DNA from: Myxococcota bacterium
Lineage (GTDB): Bacteria; Myxococcota; UBA4151
Assembly (NCBI GenBank): GCA_036338695.1
Contig: JAYZBQ010000065.1
Span: 1 to 31,188 of the forward strand
Direction: 5' to 3'
Length of the DNA: 31,188 nucleotides
In this document: one piece after another, positions 1-8,249 of the stretch
Position numbering within the stretch: the first letter of the stretch is position 1
How the letters are laid out: each line of letters opens with the position of its first letter
Notes under the pieces: generated by a model
Seen by the model: only the letters and a program-made list of their open reading frames with translations
The model's database searches: none
Told to the model about the DNA's origin: nothing
Translations under genes and position numbers: made by a program

Positions 1-2
1 CG

Positions 3-470
3 TTCGATGAATGGCAGGGGCAGCGCCGATGGTACGAGACCCACAGCCAAGCGGTCTGGGTTAAACCTGAAGTGAATGGTCGGGCGTGCTTGATGGCGCG
101 TTTTGGGCCGCCGACACTCGGGAACCACTGGAATCGACAGCGGGCGACGCTCTGCTGGACGAGGCACGCTGGTCAACTGCATACATGGGTTCAGGGCCGT
201 TTGGTTCGCTACGAAGATGCTGACTTTGGGGGTGAGTGGGTTCGGCTCGGCTTCGAAGTCGACGCGCAGAACGAGCGCTTGCGGTTTTTCGTCAATGATC
301 AACCCCTTCACGAATACAGCTACAGCGCACCCGGAGACGATGTGACGCTTGCGCTTTTGTGCGAAGGCTCTCGGGCACGCGACACGACCTCATGTCAGTT
401 CGCCGAGTTGGGGGTTGGGCGCGACCGATACGACGTCTGCTTCGTGGCTGAGGACGAGCCTGCAGAGTAG
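3..470 (+). CDS. Partial (5'-truncated) hypothetical protein; beta-strand-rich C-terminus, possibly concanavalin/LamG-like
   Basis: The frame is open from position 3 (FDEWQGQRRWY...) to TAG at 468-470. The pattern WVRLGFEVDAQNERLRFFVNDQ resembles beta-sandwich lectin/glucanase folds. Confidence 0.65.
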   Translation, partial: FDEWQGQRRWYETHSQAVWVKPEVNGRACLMARFGPPTLGNHWNRQRATLCWTRHAGQLHTWVQGRLVRYEDADFGGEWVRLGFEVDAQNERLRFFVNDQPLHEYSYSAPGDDVTLALLCEGSRARDTTSCQFAELGVGRDRYDVCFVAEDEPAE

Positions 471-476
471 TCGGTG

Positions 477-875
477 CTACTCGCCGCGCTCGCTCTGGAT
501 GAACTCGATCAGCTGGAGCGCCATCGGGCTCTTCGCTGAGGCCTTGCGCTGCTCGCCGGTGTCGAGGATGCCGTCGCCGCCGATCCCGAAGTTGCGGGCG
601 AAGGAGTAGGGCGATGTGTGGACGCCAAATGATTTATCCTCGCTCAAGAGCGCGTCGTGACCTTCCCAAAGCGCCTTCTCGAGGTCTGCTGCGCGCAGGC
701 TCTTTGCCTCACCGGCAGCCTGCTTGACGACGCCTCGGTAGGCCTCGGGGACTTGGTCAACGTCGATGACTTTATCAGCGTCCCAGTGCTCACCGAAATC
801 GGGCTTGCCGACCACGTCGTTCATCACCTGGTGGAGGTAAGCCGAGACGTTGTTGTCGTAGAGCGTGGTCTTCAT
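477..875 (-). CDS. Hypothetical protein, 132 aa
   Basis: ATG preceded by GGAG, natural amino-acid composition, convergent with the upstream gene; no recognised family. Confidence 0.7.
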   Translation of the reverse strand: MKTTLYDNNVSAYLHQVMNDVVGKPDFGEHWDADKVIDVDQVPEAYRGVVKQAAGEAKSLRAADLEKALWEGHDALLSEDKSFGVHTSPYSFARNFGIGGDGILDTGEQRKASAKSPMALQLIEFIQSERGE

Positions 876-899
876 GCTGACTCCATGTCCGTGGTCTGC

Positions 900-926
900 T
901 TATCGGCGTGGTCGCGCCCGGGTTGC
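900..926 (-). promoter_or_regulatory. Candidate sigma-28 (FliA)-type promoter for 477..875
   Basis: The minus strand reads GCAA-N15-GCCGATAA. The -10 box is a perfect match to GCCGATAA, the -35 box is only partial (consensus TAAA), and it lies 24 nt upstream of the ATG. Confidence 0.35.
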
Positions 927-1097
927 GTCAATCTGCCGCGGACCGTCTCGCCCGACAAGTCCCGGCGGGCGCGCTGCGGGTTGAGCGAGGCGGCGCTGCG
1001 TGGGTTCGATCAGCCGCAATTGACGGATGCAGTGGGTGGCGTTGCCTTGCGGGTTGCTTGGTTTTAGAGCGATGCCTCAACGAGAGGGAGCGACAGG

Positions 1098-1847
1098 ATG
1101 ACGGCGGGTGCGGGACAGAAGGTGTTGGTGACTGGGGTGTCGGGCTATATCGGGCTGCATTGCGCCGCCGAGCTCTTGGAGCAAGGGTATTCGGTGCGCG
1201 GAACGCTTCGCAGCGCCGCCCGTGAGGCTTCGCTTCGGCGCGCGGTGGGCTCGGTGTCGGCGCGTGCCGATGAGATCGAGTTTGCACAGGCGGACTTACT
1301 CGATGATGCCGGCGTCGCCCCGTCTGGCTGCGGCGACGGGGTGGTCGATCCGGGCGAGGGCTGTGACGATGGGAACCGCAGCAACCATGATCAATGCACC
1401 AATGCGTGTCAGCGCGCCGCGTGCGGCGATGGATGGGTGCGCAGCGGGGTGGAGACCTGCGACGACGGGAACCGGACCTCGGACGATGGCTGCGACTCTG
1501 CCTGCCAGCTTGAAGAGCAAGGCGATCACGGCGACACAGCGAGCGAGGCGACGCCGATGTTCGTCCCCGGGCAGCGACAGGGAGCGCTCGATCGCCGTGA
1601 TGACCTTGATTTCTTCGTCTTCGTAGCACCCCAGACGCGACGCTACTTCATCGAGACGACGCAGCGGACCGACACGGTCTGCACCCTGTTCGCCAGCAAT
1701 GGAACCCAGCTTGCGATGGACAACAACAGAGGCGTGAGTAACAACTGCGCCATCATGGCGGAGCTTGAGGCAGACCAGACCTACCGGCTGCGGATCCACG
1801 GTTCTGCGGGCTCGATGGGGTCCTACAGGTTGCACGTCAACTGGTGA
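1098..1847 (+). CDS. Chimeric ORF: N-terminal fragment of an extended SDR/NAD-dependent epimerase (aldehyde reductase-like) + 2 Cys-rich DUF4215-type repeats + PPC-like C-terminal domain
   Basis: Rossmann motif KVLVTGVSGYIG...GYSVRGTLR...ADLLDDAG, then an abrupt switch at about 1313 to [16 protein letters not shown]. It ends in DHGDT...DDLDFF...DTVCTLF...TYRLRI...GSYRL (PPC-like). RBS GAGGGAG. Confidence 0.7.
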   Translation: MTAGAGQKVLVTGVSGYIGLHCAAELLEQGYSVRGTLRSAAREASLRRAVGSVSARADEIEFAQADLLDDAGVAPSGCGDGVVDPGEGCDDGNRSNHDQCTNACQRAACGDGWVRSGVETCDDGNRTSDDGCDSACQLEEQGDHGDTASEATPMFVPGQRQGALDRRDDLDFFVFVAPQTRRYFIETTQRTDTVCTLFASNGTQLAMDNNRGVSNNCAIMAELEADQTYRLRIHGSAGSMGSYRLHVNW

Positions 1848-1954
1848 GCGGATCATCTGCTGAGGTTGCGGCGCAACAGCGCTGAGGTTGATTGGGGAAT
1901 CGGTCGTGCCCTCGGGTGTTCATGAGTAGCTCACCGAAAGCTAGGGAGGTTTGG

Positions 1955-2686
1955 ATGCAGCGTCTCTTAGGTGTCGTTTGGGTCATGGCGCTGGCATGCG
2001 ATGAGCCAGGGTCCCAGATCGTTCTGGATGCGAGCGTTCTCAGGGATGCCACACCGTTACAATCTGATGGGAGCGGCGGGGTCGATTCAGGCTGGATGCC
2101 AGACGCAGGGCCGGGACTCGACAGCGGTTCCGTATGGGATGCAGGGACATCGCTCGATGCCGCACCGAGCGATGCGAGCGAGGCTGCAACCGACGCCCGA
2201 GTCGCTGTGGACGCAGCGGTTGACTCTGGTGCCTCGGGCGATGCAGGCGCCGGGATAGACGCTGGTGTCGGGGAAGACGCTGGCGGAGCCAATGAGCCAA
2301 CGATCTGGCGTGGTCAGCGCATCGTCTTTACGAAGGCCGCCAACGCAGACCCAACGTCGCCGCAAGCACAGGACCGCATAACGCCTCGTGTGGCGCTTAC
2401 GCGCGGTGCCATCAACATCCTGTTCAATGCGACGCAAGAGCAGCGCGCTGCACCGGCTTCGAGCCCGGCGGGTACGCTCTGGTCTTTCGGGACGACCGAT
2501 GACATCCCCAACCTGCGCTTTGCACCCTTCAAAGAGGCAGCTAATCGACGCATGCAAGACCTGCCAGGACGAGATATGGTTCTGCACCTCGTCGAGGAGG
2601 ATATCTACGTCGACATTAGATGGCGGTCGTGGGGCGTGGGAGGGACCAGCGGCGGCGGGTTCTCATACGAGCGATCAACCCCATGA
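1955..2686 (+). CDS. Putative lipoprotein with DAG-rich linker and uncharacterised C-terminal beta domain (243 aa)
   Basis: GGGAGG RBS before ATG 1955; signal MQRLLGVVWVMALA-C; acidic D-A/S-G linker; globular tail IWRG...FTK...QDRIT...SPAGT.W...GGFSYERST. Confidence 0.8.
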   Translation: MQRLLGVVWVMALACDEPGSQIVLDASVLRDATPLQSDGSGGVDSGWMPDAGPGLDSGSVWDAGTSLDAAPSDASEAATDARVAVDAAVDSGASGDAGAGIDAGVGEDAGGANEPTIWRGQRIVFTKAANADPTSPQAQDRITPRVALTRGAINILFNATQEQRAAPASSPAGTLWSFGTTDDIPNLRFAPFKEAANRRMQDLPGRDMVLHLVEEDIYVDIRWRSWGVGGTSGGGFSYERSTP

Positions 2687-2817
2687 TCGGAGCGCTACCC
2701 GACGCACCTTTCATCTCGACAATCTGCACCCTGCGATCCCGAGTCTCGTCGCCGACGAGGGCGCCTGCGCACTAGACCTCGCTGATCGAGATGGCGCAGT
2801 CGATGCCTAAGCCTTAG

Positions 2818-3954
2818 CTAGCGCCGTAGGGGCTGCCACCGACGGTAGGTTGCGCAGCGCCAGAGCCACTCGGCGGGACCAAGGCGGAAACGGCTCAGCC
2901 ACCAGCTGGTGGCGCCGAGTTGGACAGCCCAGATCGCAAAGATGAGCAGCCAGACGCTGGCGCGGTCAAGCCAGTCGGACGGGATCATCTGCGCCAGCGT
3001 CAAGCAGATCAGCGTCTGGCTTAGATAGTTGGTCAGCGCCATACGCCCGAGTGAGCGGACGCGCGCCAGCAACCAGCCGGTGTTGCCTGCATCCCAGCAC
3101 ATGATCAGCGCAAGGTACGCCAAGCTCATGGGTGGGGTCACCAAGGTGTTTGGGATGTTGCTGAGTATGAGCGCCTGGGGCGTGTGCCCCTGGTGGTAGC
3201 CCCAGATAACTCCAGTGGCGCTGACGAGCGCACCAGCCCCGATGACGACCTGAGCGTAGGGAGCGCTCGAGGCGTCGGCAGCGCGCAGGAGCCAGCCGCT
3301 GCGGTAGAGCCCCATCCCAATCAGCATCATCCCCAGCGCCCTGAGGTAGATTTCGAGCAGAAAATAGAAGCCGAGGAGTTCGGTTGCGTCGCTGGTGCCC
3401 TGCCCAGACAACAAGGCGGCGAAGGTGGTCTCATCGGCGAGCGGCGCGGCGGCGACAGCCGCGCCGATGGCGAGGTAATAGACCAGCAACCCCGTGACGA
3501 CGAGGCCGCGCCAGGAGCTTGCACCCGCCATCATGAGGATGGGAACGCAGAGGGCGTAGACCATCAAGATATCGCCGACCCAGAAGGCGGCATGGGCGAA
3601 GCCGATGAGCAGCAGCAGCGTGTTACGCCATGCGCTGAGGCGGATCGGGTGCGCCGTACGGTCCCGGACTCGATCGAGAAATAACAGATAGCTGGCGCCG
3701 AAGAGTAGGGAGAAGAGGCCCATGAATTTTTGATCAGCGAAGAGCTCTCCGAGGATGCCGACCCATCCGCTAAGACGGTTCTGAGGCTGGGGCTGCGTTA
3801 GGTCATAGACGGCAAGATCGCTCAGGAAGAACGAGAGCGAATTGATCACCAAGATGCCCATGACCGCCACGCCGCGCGCCGTGTCGAGGTGGGTGACTCG
3901 AGCGCCCGGGTTGATCAACAGCGTCTCCCTGTCCCCATCATGGGGTGACCTCAA
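2818..3954 (-). CDS. DUF418 (YeiB-like) membrane protein
   Basis: Motifs LDTARGVAVMGIL, KFMGLFSLLFG, GDILMVYAL, GRMALTNYLSQT and W...F..GPAEWLWR..TY. The real start may be TTG at 3918, which follows AGGGAG. Confidence 0.88.
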   Translation of the reverse strand: MRSPHDGDRETLLINPGARVTHLDTARGVAVMGILVINSLSFFLSDLAVYDLTQPQPQNRLSGWVGILGELFADQKFMGLFSLLFGASYLLFLDRVRDRTAHPIRLSAWRNTLLLLIGFAHAAFWVGDILMVYALCVPILMMAGASSWRGLVVTGLLVYYLAIGAAVAAAPLADETTFAALLSGQGTSDATELLGFYFLLEIYLRALGMMLIGMGLYRSGWLLRAADASSAPYAQVVIGAGALVSATGVIWGYHQGHTPQALILSNIPNTLVTPPMSLAYLALIMCWDAGNTGWLLARVRSLGRMALTNYLSQTLICLTLAQMIPSDWLDRASVWLLIFAIWAVQLGATSWWLSRFRLGPAEWLWRCATYRRWQPLRR

Positions 3955-4007
3955 CTGCCGCTTTGCGGCAGGGATCGCAAGCTGGCAAAGCCATCGAGAC
4001 CCGGGAG

Positions 4008-5765
4008 CTAGGGGGTGCGCACCAGGTGGGTGCCGAGCGCCGAGCAGCTGGCGCGCACAAAAGCCTGCTCGCCTGCGTTGAGCACCGCATCCGCTGCAGC
4101 CGCTGCGGCGATCGCCTCGAGCGCAGCCTGGCGCAGCGGCAGGGGCGCCTCGGCTAGCTGAGTATAGGCTGTGAGGAGGCGCTCACTCGAGCAGTCATCG
4201 ATCGGCAGAAGCTGAAGACGCCGTGCGCGCGGCGAGCTCATGCGCTGGCGTGCGCGCTCGAAAGCCTCGAGTGCCGGCGCGTCGCTCTCGTGCGCAATAG
4301 CCGACAGGACCACGGCGATCGCCTGCCACGGGCGCTTCTTACTTGAAGCCGGCGCTTGGCTCGTTGGGCTCAAGCGACGGCGCAGCGTGACCAACACGGC
4401 GCACTCAAAGGCGCTGATCCTGCCGTCTGTGCGTGCCAGATCGAGCGCCAGCTTGCGTACGCGCTCGCCTTGCGCTGCGCTCAACCTGCGCAATGTGGGC
4501 GCCAGCTTGTCGAGGAGCTCAAGCTGCTGGTCCAAGCCGAGCTGATAGACCGATGAGTGGTAACTCTGGGCGGCGGCGCCCAGCGTCCCGGCACGCTCGA
4601 GGCGCGCCGCCTGAGCAGATGAGAGGGTCCGTCGGGGCGCCATGATCAGCGCACACGCTAGGGCAGTGGCGTCAAAGAGGGTATCGGTGGGGGGCGGTGC
4701 GGCGGCGATCGGCGCAAAGGCTGCCGTAGCCGAGCCGCTGGGCGAGACGGAGGGCGCTGGCTCCCTGGTAGCGCTTTGCTTGACTAGGCGGACGCCGCCG
4801 AGCGCCTCAATGCGCCGCTCAAGCGGTGGGTGCGTGGCGAACAACCCGCTGAACCATCCGGAGCGAAACCCTTGCGCGAACAGGGCGTGGTGGATCTCGG
4901 CTGCCCCGGCTTGGTTCAGCCAGCTGCCTTCCGGGTAGCGTCCAATGCGAATGAGCGCCGCACGGATACCGTCTGGGTTACGGGTAAACTGAACAGCTGA
5001 GGCGTCGGCGAGATGCTCCCGCTGGCGACTCACCGCCGCTTGAATGAGGCGACCAAAGAGGACCCCAAGAAACCCCACGATCGCGAGTACGCCGCCGATA
5101 CTCCAGAGGGCGAGGCGCGCCTGGGCGCTGTCTTTGCTGGAGCGAAGGTGCGTCGCCGCGTTGATGATCGTGCGGCCGATGAGCGCGATCCCCATGAGAC
5201 CCGCGACCACGGCGACGAGGCGTAAGTTGAGCCGCATATCGCCGTTGAGCACGTGGCTGAACTCGTGCGCCATGACGCCTTGAAGCTCGTCGCGCGTGAG
5301 CTGGTCGAGCGCGCCCCGTGTGACTGCGACGATCGCATCCTCCGCTTGATAGCCCGCAGCGAAGGCGTTGATGCTCGCCTCGCCCTCAAGCACGTAGCAC
5401 GGGGGCACCGGGACCCCTGAGGCGATCGCCATCTCTTCAACGATGTTGATCAGTTGACGCTCGTCAGGTGCTGAGGTGCTGCGCTCAACGAGCGTCCCAC
5501 CGAGCCACTCGGCGACCCGCTCACCGCCTGCGCGCAAGCCGATCAGCTTGAACACGAACCCCAGGCCAACGACGGCCGCCACGGCGCCCAAGATGGTCAC
5601 GAAGACATCCAGCATCAGCCACGAGCCGGTCTCGGTGGCCTGCGCAACGTAAGCGACCACGCCGTACAGGAGCGCGGCGATGCTCAGGACCGACGCCGCG
5701 AGCGCGACGAGCAACCAGCGACTCCGCCGCTTCGCTCGCTCCTGCGCCGCAAAAAAGTCCATCAT
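4008..5765 (-). CDS. M48 family (HtpX-like) zinc metallopeptidase, long form with C-terminal helical extension
   Basis: MDFFAAQERA start, NIVEEMAIASG, INAFAAG, ELQGVMAHEFSH (HExxH), SRQREHLADASAVQFTRNP, THPPLERRI. Confidence 0.92.
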   Translation of the reverse strand: MMDFFAAQERAKRRSRWLLVALAASVLSIAALLYGVVAYVAQATETGSWLMLDVFVTILGAVAAVVGLGFVFKLIGLRAGGERVAEWLGGTLVERSTSAPDERQLINIVEEMAIASGVPVPPCYVLEGEASINAFAAGYQAEDAIVAVTRGALDQLTRDELQGVMAHEFSHVLNGDMRLNLRLVAVVAGLMGIALIGRTIINAATHLRSSKDSAQARLALWSIGGVLAIVGFLGVLFGRLIQAAVSRQREHLADASAVQFTRNPDGIRAALIRIGRYPEGSWLNQAGAAEIHHALFAQGFRSGWFSGLFATHPPLERRIEALGGVRLVKQSATREPAPSVSPSGSATAAFAPIAAAPPPTDTLFDATALACALIMAPRRTLSSAQAARLERAGTLGAAAQSYHSSVYQLGLDQQLELLDKLAPTLRRLSAAQGERVRKLALDLARTDGRISAFECAVLVTLRRRLSPTSQAPASSKKRPWQAIAVVLSAIAHESDAPALEAFERARQRMSSPRARRLQLLPIDDCSSERLLTAYTQLAEAPLPLRQAALEAIAAAAAADAVLNAGEQAFVRASCSALGTHLVRTP

Positions 5766-5991
5766 GAATTAGCCGGCCTTGGGATGACAGGCGCCGTTTG
5801 AGCGGGCGCCGAGCGAGGCATGGACTGTAGACACGGGGACCTCCACCGGGTGCGGTGCATGGGTTGGGGTAATCGAGCCAGCGCCTGTTGATCAAGCGGC
5901 GCCAAACCGAGCGCAACCGGGACGTGGTCGAGAAGCGATTGCGCTGGTGGGTCCGAGGTGATTAGGTGCGCGCTCGCTCGAGGAGTTTCAG

Positions 5992-7008
5992 ATGCGTCGA
6001 TACTTAGGATTTATGATGGGCACGTGCGCCGTGCTGGCTGGGTGCGGGGATGACGTCGAAGCGCCTGGAGTGGCATGGGATGCAGGCGCCACAGTCGTTG
6101 ACGCCGGGACGTCCGCCGGAGACGTTGGTAGCCCTCCTGATCGCGGCGAATCGGGTGACACCGGGCAGCCTGCGGCAGACGCAGGCACGCCCGCCGAAGA
6201 TACGGGACCGGATCCAGCCTGCGATGTCGACGGCGACGGCTTTTTGTCTGAAGCCTGTGGCGGTCGGGACTGCGATGATGAGGATCGCAGCGCCAACCCG
6301 GATGGGACCGAGCGTTGCTCGTTCGTTGATGAGAACTGCGATGGGGACAACAACGAGGACCTAGACTGCAGCTTTTGGGCTCATGGGCCGCGGCGGCTTT
6401 TCTCGGTGGACCCGTTTGAACAGGTGGTTGAGGAGATCGGACCGACGACGCTCGATGGTCGGCGCATCAGCCTTTTTGATATCGACATCGACCCTCAGGG
6501 CCAGCTTGTAGGGATATCAAGCAACCAGTTGATTCAGCTTGATAATGAGGGGCGAGGGAGGACCGTAGCCCGGGTGAGGACACCGGCCAACATCAACGGC
6601 TTAGCGATCGACAGCGAGGGGACCATTTTCCTGACGCAGTCGAGCGGACGACCGGCGCAAGCCTACACGTTGACCATGGACGGACGGCTGGACTCGCTCG
6701 GTGACCTCACCCCCTATGCGAGCTCGGGTGACTGCGTCGTCCTCAAGGACGATTCGTTGCTCATGACGTCGCGCAACCCGGAAGGCGGCAATGACCTGCT
6801 GGTCTATGTGGACAGCCGCAGCGCGCAGACCCGATTGATTGGAACGATGGGCGCGCCGCGTGTGTACGCGTTGTCCGCGAGCTTCGGCTACCTCTTTGGC
6901 TTGACCGATGAGGGGCGCGTCCTCCTGGTCAACGACCAGACAGGAGCGACCGAGGAGCTGTTCCGCCAAGCGGGTGTGCAGTTCTACGGAGCCGCCAACG
7001 GCGACTAG
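5992..7008 (+). CDS. Lipoprotein with a MopE-like putative metal-binding Cys repeat and a beta-propeller-like C-terminal region
   Basis: GAGGAG RBS; lipobox LAG-C; DAG linker; D.DGDG...DCDD....NP...E.C...DENCDG repeat; repeated short beta blades afterwards. Confidence 0.8.
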   Translation: MRRYLGFMMGTCAVLAGCGDDVEAPGVAWDAGATVVDAGTSAGDVGSPPDRGESGDTGQPAADAGTPAEDTGPDPACDVDGDGFLSEACGGRDCDDEDRSANPDGTERCSFVDENCDGDNNEDLDCSFWAHGPRRLFSVDPFEQVVEEIGPTTLDGRRISLFDIDIDPQGQLVGISSNQLIQLDNEGRGRTVARVRTPANINGLAIDSEGTIFLTQSSGRPAQAYTLTMDGRLDSLGDLTPYASSGDCVVLKDDSLLMTSRNPEGGNDLLVYVDSRSAQTRLIGTMGAPRVYALSASFGYLFGLTDEGRVLLVNDQTGATEELFRQAGVQFYGAANGD

Positions 7009-7030
7009 TTTTGCTGCGCCGCAGGCGCTT

Positions 7031-8053
7031 CTAGAAGGGCGACCAACCCAGGCTGATTCCGCCGTTGATCAAGCGGACACCACGCTGGCTGCTCGTAACG
7101 CCCCCTTCAAGGGTTTCGCTGCTCACAAAGCCGGCGCTCATGTGGACATCGAAGACCAGCTTGCTCGGGAGGACATGCCGGAAGCCAGCGACAGCGCCTG
7201 CGCCCAAGTCACTGCCGGTCTGAGGCTCGCTCGCAGACCCCTGACCCCAGCTCCAATTGCGGTAAAGCATGGTGAAACCCAGCCGTCCGCCACGAGTCTG
7301 GCTGCCGATCAAAGCTACCTCGTAGTCCACCTCCCAGAGGGTGGTGGTGTCGTTGTCTTCGGGCCCACTACCGACGGCGGCGTTGGCGCTGAATCGACGC
7401 CCAAGGCGTAGCCCGACCCCGCCGAGGAGCATCGCAGGCGGGCGGTAGCTGGTGCGGAGCACCAAAAAGCCCATCTCTTCGGAAGCCAAAGCGGGCTGGG
7501 GCGCTGGTTGCGGGGGGGCTGCGGGCTGAGCGCTTGAGCGCTCGGTGACCTTCTCAAGCAGCTTGCTCGCGACCTTGGCGGTGGCGTTGACGACAACCTG
7601 CCGCTTGGAGGGGTGCTCACCGAGCAGGTCGCTGGCGACCTCTGGCAGCTTGAGCAAGAGCGACTCGATCTTGGCGGCATGGGCTGACGCCGTGCGCTTC
7701 GCCGCCACCGTCTCGATGTCGATGAGCTTAAGCTGCAGCGTGTACAGGCTCCCGAGTTTGCCGACCTGACCGCTGATCAAGAATTTGGCGCCGAGCGCGC
7801 CGCCCAGCTCCGCGACGCAGCTCGCCTCGTCGCAACCACCGGAGAGCTGCCGGGTGAGCTCCTCGTCCACCGCGCTCATCTCCTCGGGCGTGACCAGGCG
7901 ATACCGCTCGGAGCGGCCGATCTGGGTTCGCAGCTCGGCGGTCAGGATGGACACGTCAGCCGCAGGGACCCCAACCGCCTTGAGCGGCACGACCACGGTG
8001 GTCTGAGGTGCGGTGGCGGCGAGCGCAGTCGCGAGCAGTGCGGAGTAGATCAT
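7031..8053 (-). CDS. Exported protein: N-terminal CsgG/TolB-N-like alpha/beta domain, Pro-rich linker, probable C-terminal beta-barrel
   Basis: Signal peptide; GCxEASCxAELGGALGA domain; PAAPPQPAPQP linker; amphipathic strands ending in SLGWSPF. Confidence 0.75.
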   Translation of the reverse strand: MIYSALLATALAATAPQTTVVVPLKAVGVPAADVSILTAELRTQIGRSERYRLVTPEEMSAVDEELTRQLSGGCDEASCVAELGGALGAKFLISGQVGKLGSLYTLQLKLIDIETVAAKRTASAHAAKIESLLLKLPEVASDLLGEHPSKRQVVVNATAKVASKLLEKVTERSSAQPAAPPQPAPQPALASEEMGFLVLRTSYRPPAMLLGGVGLRLGRRFSANAAVGSGPEDNDTTTLWEVDYEVALIGSQTRGGRLGFTMLYRNWSWGQGSASEPQTGSDLGAGAVAGFRHVLPSKLVFDVHMSAGFVSSETLEGGVTSSQRGVRLINGGISLGWSPF

Positions 8054-8249
8054 AAGCCCGGTGTGGCTTAGCCCTCAGCCAAAGGCAATGGGTTTGCGGC
8101 TTGTTGCGCAAACGGTGAGGCGCCCTGATTGGTCAACTCGAGCGGGACCCATTGGCACCAGCCCAAGCCGTTGTTGCGCCGAGCGCTCAGTCGGCTAAAG
8201 GGCACCTGCCGCCTGCAGAGTGGGCGAGCGTGAGAGGACGGTGGGGCGC

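Noticed and set aside
8152..8170. TGGCAC resembling a sigma-54 -24 box
   Set aside because: No TTGC at the -12 position.
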